A DNA stretch of 64,000 nt from Pocillopora damicornis (Eukaryota): NCBI RefSeq assembly GCF_003704095.1, contig NW_020847248.1:868001-932000 (forward strand), written 5' to 3'. This document shows, in pieces, positions 14,030-26,200 of the stretch; positions within the stretch are counted from its first letter, which is position 1; the number at the start of each line of letters is the position of its first letter. The notes beneath the pieces were generated by a model. It saw only the letters and a program-made list of their open reading frames with translations. It was not told the DNA's origin and ran no database searches. The position numbers and the translations under genes are program-made.

Positions 14030-14268
14030 AGTTCCGTCGAGAAGCAAAACAAATAGCCTCTTTCTAAATGTACTCTGCAAATTCTCCCGCCATTTTAAAA
14101 GTCACTTGAAAGGCGTGGTAACTAAGCAATGACTGGTTACAAAGCTTGTATTTGTTTTGGAGTTATCGTTTTTTGGCTTGTACAGAATGGTACAGAACAC
14201 AGAGTGTTAAAACAATTCATGAATTCGGAAACTCTGATTTTTTAACCCTTAGCAGTTATTTTCTTAGA
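14030..14268. promoter_or_regulatory. Probable bidirectional promoter between RAD50 (-) and the CDGSH gene (+)
   Basis: Genes are divergent; both ATGs sit just after AG acceptors, implying 5'UTR introns; YY1-like AAAATGGCG on - at about 14088-14096. Confidence 0.45.
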
Positions 14269-15340
14269 ATGGACCAGCTATCTGTTGACGGTGCTTCTTC
14301 CATGACGGAGAAGAAGAAGAAAAACTATGAAAACCTCTGTCCAGCAGTTGCAATGGTATTGTATTTCAGCAGTTGTAAAGAGTTGATAAAACTTCTTGGT
14401 CTTATATCTGCCCTTAAAAAGGACCTACCGCCTCATAGTTCCAACTTAACATTTTTTTGCCCTTTCTTTTTATGTATAGTATGGACCCTGTAATGTGGAA
14501 GACTTAGAACCTGGAAAAACCATGAAGTGGTGTACATGCGGACTGAGCAAGAAGCAGCCGTGGTGCGATGGTAAGTAAGTTGGTTCTAAAGAGGGAACTG
14601 ACGGATGAATGGGCTGACTAAGTCTGATTTTATGTATTTCCAGGCCTAAGGAAAACTCTTTTTTTGCATGTTATCAACTGTTTACGGGTTAGAAGGTAAT
14701 ATCCAAGATCACCGTGTTTTATCTCTCGTGGTCAGAAATTCGATAAACTTTTAACCAGCTGTTTGGCTAGGGGGACCTGATCCTAATATTTCGGTATAGT
14801 TATCTGTATTTATGTTATTCAAGTCAGAAATTCTGTAGAGAAAATTAATATTTTCATCTGAAAAAATGTAAGTTGCTAAGGTTTGGAGAAGCATGCAACA
14901 AACATTTACATAATTATATCCTCACTTAAATTTCTAAGGAAAAACTTCACCTAGAGCAACGTAATGATATCTTAGTGACTGGGTGAACCAATTATTGTAC
15001 TTTAAGACATGCAATTTAATTGATGGAATGAATCAGTATGGTGCAATCTTGTATTTTTATTATCAATCTTTTTTATTTGATATATCTAAAGTTAATAAAT
15101 TTATTTTTTTAAGGAGCTCACAAGAAAACTGGTTTCAAGTCCCTTAAATGGAAGGTTCCAGATCATCCCCAAAGAATCTATTCTATTTGTAACTGTAAAC
15201 ACACCAAGAATCCACCGCTCTGTGATGCCACTCATGTAAACCTCCCAGCTGTGGTAGAGACAAGGCAAAAGAACTGTGACAGTGCTCATGATGAAGACAT
15301 GAAGTTATGTACTGGCTGTGGATGGGTACCAAAGTGGTGA
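14269..15340 (+). CDS. CISD3/MiNT-like protein with two CDGSH 2Fe-2S motifs, about 134 aa. Exons 14269-14355, 14480-14570, 15114-15340
   Basis: WCTCGLSKKQPWCDGAH and ICNCKHTKNPPLCDATH fit C-x-C-x2-[ST]-x3-P-x-C-D-[GA]-[SAT]-H; GT-AG introns in frame; TGA at 15338-15340. Confidence 0.9.
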
Positions 15341-16358
15341 AATAAATATTATACCATATATATATCTCAAGAATAAATGCATTTATATTTCTGGATTTAA
15401 CACTTGTCAAATGGATTTGTAGTATTTTCATCCATAATTAATTAGAAGGAAAGGAGTTATATAGTTCTCTTTAAATCTTTGTTGAACATATTTTAGATAG
15501 AACTTATACAAGTAAATAATTGACTGGAACAAAAGTGCACAAAAATTGAATTTTTATCTGAGAATGATATGTCTTGTCAGAATATAATATTATTTTTGCC
15601 TCTTTTTGTCCTGGGAATTTATTTGGACAATTATTCTATCATTATATTACAAATCCAACAGTATGAAACAAGGTAGAAAAATTATGGCAAATTTCATGTG
15701 GGATTATGAGAAATGCATAACATGAGAGTCTTCTTGAAGAATAAAATATTTTGTAAAATATTTTACATATTGAAAAATTATATATTTTATATATTGGACA
15801 AATTAATTATCTGAGAAATATTTGCAGGAGAGCAGAATCTCCAATCAGAATCTCCTATATACAGAACTATTATTTGTTGTATGTAATTACAAATAAAACA
15901 AAATAATTTTTAAAATAAAATTAAGAGGAGGAAACTCATCTGAGTGAGGATTTTCAGCAATTAATGGTTTAGGGGTGTGGAAAACAAATGAGAGGGTTAT
16001 TCTGAAAGCTTTTTTGATTAAGATCTATGAACCAGGATGGGTTCATGGAGACATCTCTTCCAGCAAAGTTGTATCTTTACATCCAGGTGGGATAGTCTTC
16101 AAAGGGACTTAAGCCAGTAGTAATGACTGTCACTAATGCTAAGGCCACCTCATGTTGAGGACTATTTTCACTTGGGCAGTCACACCTTGTGGTAAACTAT
16201 TACCCTCCTGCCCAAACATTTCCTGTTCAAAAGTTTGAAGTGAATAACATTGTGACAAACTGACTTTCTTATAGAAAGAAGGGAATTTTTTTTATTCAGC
16301 AATAAACTAGTCAAATGTACATCACTGATACTGTAAAGTGGAAGAGATTACTCAGAAA

Positions 16359-18114
16359 TCACGTTTCCTCATTAAGGTTTCTTGCTTTTTTGTGTTCTGG
16401 TTCTTCACCTTCTTCAAAGAATTCTTTTAAAGCTTTAAGAGCTTTGCCTCTGTGTGATATTTCATTTTTGATTTCTGATGGCATTTCTGCATATCTGAAG
16501 AAGAAGAATCAAATGAGCACATTTACATGTTCTTTGACAAAGCATGTTCTTAGATCTGTATGATTTTGTCTGATGCATCTTTAATTGCAAAACAGTTAAA
16601 TTGAATGGCACCAGTCACAGTTTATTAAACACTTGAAGAGGTAAAATGACACACCAAACTTTAAAGGACATTCATTTGTAATTTGAACAAAAAAAAAAAC
16701 TCCCAAATCATGAAATAACAAAAAAATAAAGGTAAGCACAAGGACTATGTGATCACCTTATATAAATACAATCATGAAGTTTCATGAGAAGAACATTGGA
16801 CACAAGAAATCCCCCATCAAATAAAAAATTTACATTTATTTGTGGCAAAGTCAGGATATGAAAATGTGTGCATCTACACGGTAGCTACACATATAATTTT
16901 ATGTATAATTTCATTGATTTAAAGTGCGTCTACTTCTGTTGACATCTGACTGCTAGGCGCATTTAATTACTAAAACTTACGTCTGATTAAAGCCATCTGG
17001 TTGGAAACATGGATCCCATCCAAAATTCCTTGGACCTCTGGGTTCTACAATTTTTCCCTACATGAATAAAATAACTTGTATAATATAATTCACCAAGACA
17101 TGTAAATAGAAACTTCAAGGAGGTCATTCATCATGACATACCATTGTCTTTCCTCTAAATAGTAAAACAGGGTCCTCAAGGTTTCCTGTTGAATATGCAA
17201 AAGTACAGAGTGCATATGCAGACTTGTCCTCCCATCCTGTCAGGAGTCTGTGTAGACCTAAAATCAATTTCAAATTAACATAAAAATTAGTTTTTGGTTA
17301 ATCATACAAGAGAGTGTATTTTTAATGCATTGGCTTATATGCTTGAAAAATGAACCTGCTGTAAGATGCAGGAAAGTCAGGTCTAAATTATAGAGGGAGG
17401 TTTTTCTTTTGTATGTTTAACTCATTGTTGGCATTAATAGACCAGGACTACCCTTCCCAGCTCAGTCTCTTGTGTGGCCTCTTTTCCAGCATAATTATAA
17501 AAATTATACTCTAATCCACTCCTCTTGTGCTTCTTTAAAGGATACAGAGTGTGATAGGGTACAGCTTTATATTTGGTTCATTGGTTATCAATATAACCGC
17601 TGTTAGCTGCATTAAAACAAAACCAGTCTTACAAAAATGAAAATTAATATCTTGTTAGTGGTTACAGAAATTGGAAATCTTTCCATGTTCAATCATTACA
17701 ACAATCAAAGTCTATTAATAGTACCTTCAGGTCCTAATTTCTTTAAGAACCACTTCCTAAAAAAAGGGGAAAAAGTTTGGTTCAATTATTTTATATCATC
17801 CACTTTTGCAGCTGATTCACAATAAATCAATTAAAAAGTTGTCTTCCAAACTCCACCTTCCCTGAAACCATACACATACCAAGGCTAAATTGTAAGAAAT
17901 AAAGGCAATTAACTGACTGGTTGCTTCTTTAGGGTCTCTCCCCACCCCCAAAAGGCAATGGAAGGAAGTACAACTGTCATTACAGGTATATGGTCAGAGA
18001 GCACTATACCCTTTAAAAATAGGTGTGTCTGAGAAAACAAAAGCTTTAATAATATATAAACAACATAGTTTTAACTATATCAAAAATATATATCTAGTAT
18101 ATATACATACATAT

Positions 18115-18170
<56 letters not shown>

Positions 18171-18326
18171 TTTCACTAGTTTTTCTAGTTTGAGCACTCT
18201 GGCATGGCTTAGATGATCCCACATGTGAGATCACTTGGGGTGGCTATATAGCCTTACCTCCATCCTAGCATCAGCACTGCACTGATGAGGTCCAGAAGGC
18301 CAAAAGAGTACTTTCTGCAGCTAGTT

Positions 18327-18371
<45 letters not shown>

Positions 18372-19955
18372 AATATATATTTAATATAATTAAAAATGTC
18401 TTCCAACTGGGGTATCTTTGTCACATCTTTCTCTGATAATGATTCTATCATTCATTCAATGCATCAGTGTTTACACAAGAATTACTATATTATACTCACA
18501 CATAAGGTCCTGGGAGATCTCCTAATGCTGTAAAACATAGACACGTGTCTTCTACTATGACTGGGCCTCCAACCTAACAGAAGGGGATAAATAAGAAGAG
18601 AACACATACAACATAAAATCATTATCCCGGATTTTGTTTGATTGAAAATCTGTGACAATTCAAGATTACCATATCTCTTGAAACTATTCAGTTAAGGAAG
18701 TGATAACTAAATGTGTCTCAAACCTCTTTGGCGGCAACTTTGCATTTCTCTTTAGATATCTCGTCTGGTTCACCTTGAAATTCAGGCACTACAGGAATAG
18801 GGATATGGGTTGTGTATTTAAAATCATCTTCATTAATCCTTTACTGCCTAGAATCAGTGTGAATATTCTCTATACTGTTCTCTATACATTTCCTATGGGT
18901 GCTGACAAGGAGAATTTGTTTAACAGTCAAGAACTTCTTTAGTTGGTGATCATTTCCTTTTTTCTCATGACCTTGCACAATTTAGGAATGATATTGTGAG
19001 GAGAAATTAGATGCCCGTAACTCTTACCAGTTAAAGGGTTAACTGTAAGTACATATAGGCAATAGATTGAACAGCTGGTTGTCAACAGTGGGTTGCCAGA
19101 AAGTACAACTCTCCCTCCCACTTATAGAAGAGAAACTAGGAGAAATTGTTTATTCCTACAATACCCCTCTTGTGGTATTCTGATTGTTAGAAAATACACT
19201 AGGAACAAAAAATACTGCAGTTGTAATAACAAGAATAAGCCCATGAAAGTGTCACGCACGCAGTCAACCACACAATTGGCATTAACTTACATACTAAACA
19301 ATCTTTTTAATAGGTAGCTTAAAAAGGTATGTAACTGCACATACTTACAATCTATATTTCTAGACTCCACTTTCCATGGAAATGAGTCCCCTAAGATGGC
19401 AACCACCTTAGGAAATGAACGAAACAGAAATCGAGCCAGAATCAGATCAACGAAAACTAATATTATTCATAACTCAAAGTAAAAACACCTTCTCTCTTGA
19501 ATTGATGGGGAAATCTACTTTTCTAAGCGTCGATTCTCATCCTAACTCTAACCGCAAAGCAATTACTGATAGCGTTACCGAAGTGTCACGCTATTCAGGA
19601 TAGCGATAGTGGTTCGATCAAAACGCATTGATCAAAGTATTGAACGCGCGTACATTCATAGACGATTGTTCTCACGATAGAATTCGAGACATACTATGAA
19701 AGGTTGTTCTTCAAATTAATTTCTAATTAGATCGAGTTTATCAACTGTGAACGAGAAGATGAGGCCAGAATAAAGAAATCTACAACATAATTTATTTCAC
19801 TCTACCAGAAACCCCGCTATTTAAAGGTGATTGATCAAAATTAACAGCAATTTAATAAATACTGCTTATCTGTAAAAAATGATAATAGTAACAATTCTCA
19901 CCTCTTTTAGTTTGTTTTGATTTCCTGTGACAAATGCTAGCGTTTTCCTCGACAT
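16359..19955 (-). CDS. ITPA: Inosine triphosphate pyrophosphatase (Ham1 family), 203 aa. Exons 19902-19955, 19349-19406, 18724-18788, 18500-18573, 17725-17756, 17142-17257, 16981-17057, 16359-16494
   Basis: [54 protein letters not shown] motifs; all junctions GT-AG and in frame. Confidence 0.97.
18095..18167. repeat. Compound (CA)n(TA)n microsatellite
   Basis: Read directly from the sequence. Confidence 0.95.
18277..18320 (+). ncRNA. Degenerate type I hammerhead ribozyme (retrozyme/Penelope type)
   Basis: ctgca-CTGATGA-ggtc cagaa ggcc-AAAA-gagtactt-tc-tgcag: stems I and II pair; GAAA has become AAAA. Confidence 0.6.
18331..18367. repeat. (TA)n microsatellite
   Basis: Read directly from the sequence. 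Confidence 0.95.
18833..19042 (+). mobile_element. piggyBac-like MITE of about 200 bp with TTAA at both ends, in an ITPA intron
   Basis: TTAA-tccttta...taaaggg-TTAA termini; two further copies in the window. Confidence 0.8.
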
Positions 19956-22900
19956 CTTCTCGATGACTACTAGATATCGCTGGCGAGGCGGGAAGGATTA
20001 ATTGGTTCCTAGTGCCTCTCGTACATTAGCTCATGGCATCTTCCAATCAGCGTGTTTTCATCGGTAATTCTCGTTTGCCGATCTTCAGTTTCGCTACGGT
20101 TCCCCCATCTGCTCACAGTTACTTAGCAACTTCATTTTAATTGTTAGAAATAAGCGCTCTTGAGGCTAATGCAAGGATTTATAAACACTTTCATCGTACT
20201 CTACATGGCTGGTGGTTTAGTATGCACCAAAACGACTAGCGAGGAAGCCATGAGAGGTTTTTGACAGAATTCAGGAGCCCATCACGTAATGGGCTCCTGC
20301 AGAATTCGAAGACACCTGATGGAAAATTCTGTTCGAGTATTATCCACTCTCGGCTTTGCCGTAAGTTCCTCGCTTGACGCACACAGAACCGTAGGGCACA
20401 CACAACCGTAAGGCACACAATAACACCAGCCAACAAGGCCGCTTGATGCCTTGGGAAATGTTATGGGGTTGTTAGTTCATTAATAAGGCGAGCTTTTACC
20501 AACCGCCTAAAAATTTTCATAGCTTTTACAATATTTTTATTTCTCATAATATATTTTTAAACGATAAATGAGGAGATGACAGCATGGAGGAGTCACCCCG
20601 CGCGTTCATTTGAGAAAAAGAATTTGTTACAAATCAGAAATTAAACCAGCTAATTTTGGACTGTAGAGAACCCTCAGAGAGAATTCTTATAGTTTAGCAA
20701 GAGCTTATAAACTTGGGTATATGTTATCGTTGGATTTTCGTGGCGAAAAAAAAATCAGAGAACCTCGCGGTATACTGCATATTTTTTCGCATCAATCAAA
20801 GTTCACCTTAAGCCGTGAAGATACAAAACCAACGTGCAAGGTCATAAACAATCGCAGTGAGTATTTCCTAGAAAACTAGAAGGCAACTTGCGTGACTTAT
20901 TGTTAATTTAACTTTGATGGGTTTTGTATCATAACTCAGCCTATAATTATATTTCTCCTATAGGACATATAACGTGATGGCATAATAAGCTTCCTAACTG
21001 AGCACAAAAGGAGCATTAGCATGGAGATGACCAGAAAGAGATGATTTCGTCGAATGCAATCAATTCGAAAACAAACGTGACTTATCTCTTTCGACCATCT
21101 AAATCTTGCGTGACCGTTCATTCAGGGTTTCTGTACGGAAATTTCGGTATCTTTAGGCATACAATTATAAACGACAGTAAATCAGCCACACACAACATCT
21201 GAGTTTAAAATTAAATTAAAGAGGGGAACTTTTGTTTTCCCTTTTTGATCCTGGTAACAGTCTAGGAGTTCTGGTAAGTATGGGAGTCCAATATAAGCGG
21301 CTATGTGTTTTAATTCGAGTTGGTTAATCGACTACGCGTATAATGAAGTCTCCCATCTTTCTAAGGAAATTTAACCAACAGTTTTCCCTTGGAATGAGAA
21401 GTGAAGGCTAAATCTTTTTAGGATAACTGCCTTCCGTATATCCGGGTATTCTCTGAAAGGAAGGTGCTTTTTTTGTTGTTGACAGGTTCACATGTTCGTC
21501 TTGACATAAAACAAACAGGAACACGATGAGAAACTTTGAACGTGACAAAGGTTTTGCCACCCGCCAACTGATGGTCACGAACCAAAATATGCCAAGAAAG
21601 ATTTTAGCTTTGTTAAGAACTAGTGAAAAAGAACTTTAAAATTGTAAAGCAATGAGATCAGTCCTGTGGGTAAATTTCGAAATTTCGAAATTTCTAAACA
21701 ATGCTCGATTGCCAATCGCCGAAAATCAGACTCGACAGAGTAGCGGAAATAAAATCCAGTGTATGTTCGGCATAAACTTTGATTTTTTTTTTTCCATATC
21801 TGCAATTTTTTTTTCACCAAGCTCAGTTTACGGGAACTGCATCGGATTTTACGCGAGCCATCACGTTGGCTGATAGATTAAGGATAAAGAAAATAACTGA
21901 GTCGAATCGCGTGGAGTACTGGGCATGAAGTAAAATGCAATTATCATCAAAACAAAAAACCGCAAACAAACAAATATGTAAAGCACGGACCAAAACTTTT
22001 ACAGTGCCAAGGATTTTTATGGAAAAGAGCCAACTTAATGTTGATGCACTTTATATTTTCCGTATAGAGCCGAGCAAAGCTCGAAATCGTGCTTCTTCAT
22101 AATTCCCTGAATAAACACGGAAGTATTTTACCACGTCCTGGACAGACACGTCCCACAGACATAGTTTTCTGCGGCCCCATTAGCTGCTTTAAGTTTATCA
22201 ACATCCGGATCTCAAACGCGTGCTTTGATTCGAACCGCTCAAAATGTTGTAGAACTCGATCTGAGTTTCACACTGGCTAAGCTCGCATTGTCAACTGAAA
22301 AAACGTGTAGGCACATATAGAAGAAAATTAAAAACTTTAAGCCGGAATATGAAAAAGATAAAAGTCGCGCTTCAGTAAGCGACGTGACTTCTTTACATAG
22401 TGTCGTTTAAAATATGTACTTCCTTTATTACTGATTCCCATTTGACCGAATGAGTACTTTGCTATCGCGAGGTCACGTGTGGTGTTTATTTCATCTACAA
22501 AAAAACCTCGATGAATATTGATACTCTCAGTTGTAAGCAGAACTTCATGAAAATTTATTAGCTCGCAGGTCGATAGCCGCCGGGTTTGAAACCTATCTCA
22601 ATCTGTTCAAGTCGTGACATGCAATAGTTGAAATTGCTACCTTCACTCTGAAGACTGTTTTTGTCGCGTAATTCAGCTTTATTGATAACAAGTTTGCTGT
22701 TTGCCTCTGAACACTCGATCACAGGGAACTATAACACTTCGTTCGAGTAGCCGACCTTCTACTGCTTTTTGTCATCGTCTCGTTAACATACCAACTTCGG
22801 TAGCAAACAAAGGCGACGCACGTAGAATCCTGAGAGGTAATCAAATTTTCTTACTATTATTTTTATCATTTTATAAAAGAATACACAATTTAAGTCTGAA

Positions 22901-23251
22901 CTTCTTAATTCGTATCTATTTGAAGAATTGAGCGATTTTAGGCTGGCTAACTCTGCGAGTGAGGCAAGGTGAGCAAACCAGTTCAAAGTTGCTGTTCTCT
23001 ATAGAGGAGTGTTCGCTTACCTTTCGTCCATGACGACATAAATTTCATAGCAGAATATTTTAAAATTCAATGCATAACAAACCTTGATACTCAGAGAGTA
23101 TGTAATGGTGCTGTTTATGATTTCAAACCGAAAATCAGTATTCGTATGAGTTTGACAGTTTTCTTACATATAATTTTAACATGACTTTTTCTCTGTATCT
23201 ATGTGTAATTACAGGGGTATTCCTTTAAAGTTAGCGTGACCGAATCTCAAC

Positions 23252-26200
23252 ATGATCACGCAGAAGAATTTATTTGCCTCATCTCTTCGAGGAATTCTTC
23301 TGTTCCTGACTTGGCAAACTATCAATTATAAAGGTAATTATTTTTTGTTTCTGTCAGAAGTATATTGAATAGAACTGAACCAATTATTTTCGCTGAGGTA
23401 GACAAGAAGGTGAAAATATTCTTTCATAACGGGATCATTGTATGACCAAACTTTAACATTGTCTCAATTCCGTCTCATCGATCATTCAGCGCATAATTAN
23501 NNNNNNNNNNNNNNNNNNNNNNNNNNNNNNNNNNNNNNNNNNNNNNNNNNNNNNNNNNNNNNNNNNNNNNNNNNNNNNNNNNNNNNNNNNNNNNNNNNNA
23601 CGCATTCAATGTAATATCAACGATTATCAATGAGAAGTCACCGAGTATGCATTCCACCGAGACTGAAATAGGAAACAGCAAGAGGATTTAAGGAAACCTA
23701 GTGAGACAGCTCTAATATAAAAATGAAGTAAATAGATTTCCTGTTGAGAATGAAGCTATTCCATGATGTCACGCAAATATTCAACTCTTGGCCTTATCTC
23801 ATTAGCGACCACTAGTCATTTCAGAGCACTTTTCCATACCAAACCTATCATTTTAAATTACACAGAGGCCGGCAGAATCTCTGGTAAGCGATCAATCTTT
23901 AGCGATAAAGGTCTTGACTGTTGGGTAGTTTCTTCTGACTTCTTTTCTCATTTTTTTCCTTACTGGTAGGCGTGACATCGACCTCATGCCAATCCCAACC
24001 ATGTCTGTACTTCAGCAACAGTCGCGCTCTCCAAGCGTTAGATATCAGCTCCTCCAACTTGTACTCAGTCGCACCAAACCTCAACTCTGTTGATGCAGTC
24101 GACGTGCACGTGAAACTGAATTTGGTGTACTGGAGCGAGCGTCAGCCAAACGTCATAAAGAGGCTGAACATTACTAGTGGAAAAGTGGAGAACGTGTCAA
24201 CAGACAGCAACATAGGTCAGATCAAAGGTATTGCGGTGGAGTGGGAGAGTGGACTAATTTATTGGACTGATAACACCAATCGTCGGATCGAAGTAGCGCA
24301 GTTGGACGGGAAAAACAGACGGGTCTTGTTTAGTAAAGATATACGAAATCCTCTTGGAATAGTTGTGGACCCAAGAAAAGGGTATGTACCAGCTTTTTAT
24401 ATGATAGAGGGCTCTCCATAGATAAATTGCTACGGATATTATCAAAAGGAGGAAATGCACGGAAGTGGAACTGCCAGCAAGCAAACTGCTTCCTAAAGCA
24501 CAGAGAAACGTAAACGACCAAGATGCGGTCGATTTTAATTTCTCATCTGATTGGTTGAGATGGCGGTGCGAGTTTTCCGGCTGATTTTATTACAGAGTTC
24601 GGTTAAGCAAAACCAGTGCCATCCTGGAGTACTTTTGAAACTCAATTGAAAATTGGTTTATGATAAATTCTGCAGCAAGTTTTTTGATAGGTTCTTTGCA
24701 ATGCCCTATTTAAAAACAGACGTACAGATATCGTCAGTTGGATTTTATGTTGTTGCAGAGCGTCTAGCTTTGATGTAGAAATTCGTGTGATTCACTTGCG
24801 GTACATAGATCGATTTTGAGTTTTGACTTCATACCCTGACAACGAGTTTTCGAACGCCTGGCCAGCTCAACATAGGTTCTCCAGCCCCATCCCCAAAAGG
24901 TGAAGTAATGTTTGACTGTGACACTTCCTCTCGTAGCTCCTGAAGCGTATTCTTGATTCTGCCGGGTTCAAACCTTTAGTCCGCAAGAGTTTTTTCACTA
25001 GTTCTTCCACGCCCACTTACATTTCACGTTTTTCTTCATCACTGGTATTGTAGGTACATGTTTTGGTCAAACGGAGGATTTCAAAGTAAAATCGAGAGAG
25101 CTTCTTTGGCAGGTGAAAATCGGAAAACCTTGGTCAACCTTGGGAGCTCGTATTCTAACGTTCCGGTCGGGATGACCATCGATTTCCAAGCAAACCGTAT
25201 ATATTTTATTAGTCGAGGACTTTTTACCAAAAGGCTGGAAAGCATTGACTTTGATGGAAACACCCGACAACAGTTTACATCCCTCTCATCCATTAGTTAT
25301 CCTTATGATATTGTATTGCTGAGCGGAGTGTTTTACGTATCTGACGCGAGAGGCAACAAAATCTTCAAGATCGAGAAGTCCACAAAGAGATCTCTGGGAA
25401 ACTACGCAGGTCTTGGTTTCAGTAATCTTCGAGGGCTTGAGATGTTCTCCTCCTTGCGACAACCTAAAGGTACGATCAATATTCAAGTAATTTGTCTCAA
25501 CAATTGTGTTAAAAATTTGAACTCAAGTTTGACGTGGGCAAGTTGGACACGCAGTGGCACGTAAGACTGGACTGGGACATTTTGTCTCAACTCTTACAGT
25601 GCCTTGCTCTATCTGAAAGGTACAAAGCGATGCCAGCAATCTGACAAAATGACGAATCACTTAATATCATAGTTCCTTAATGCTACAATAATCGCATAGG
25701 CTCTGATGCTCTGAGCGATCAGATTCGAGAGTAGACGTTTTTTTGGCAGGCGCTGACCTAGAAGGAGTATGGCTGGTGGAGAAATTTGGGGGAGTATTAG
25801 CGTTCAGTGTTAGTTAACACGAAGATGATTTTATCATAAAGCAGGCGGACTCATGGCCATGTTAAACTTGCAATTTCCTATATCAAAGCTGGTTATCATC
25901 ACGTGTTCTCGACCGTTGGACAAAAAATAATATTCATCCTCATGGTGTTATATTTGTTACGGGTATTTTTATGAGTATCGTTTAAAACCTTGTTGTCTCT
26001 GGTTCTTTCGTAGGTAGCTCTGCTTGCCACAACAATAGTGGATGCAGCCACCTTTGTCTGCTATCGCCAGCAGGGAGCCAATGCGCATGTCCAATAGGAA
26101 GCATTTTAAAGCCTGACGGAAAGACGCGTGATGATTCAGGTAAACAATGTAAACCGCCAAGTTGTTGTTTTAGAACAACTGTGCAAGTGTTGAAAAGAAA

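Noticed and set aside
20236-20436. 66-aa ORF with a hydrophobic N-terminus upstream of ITPA
   Set aside because: Non-ATG start, no splice support, no homology I can recognise
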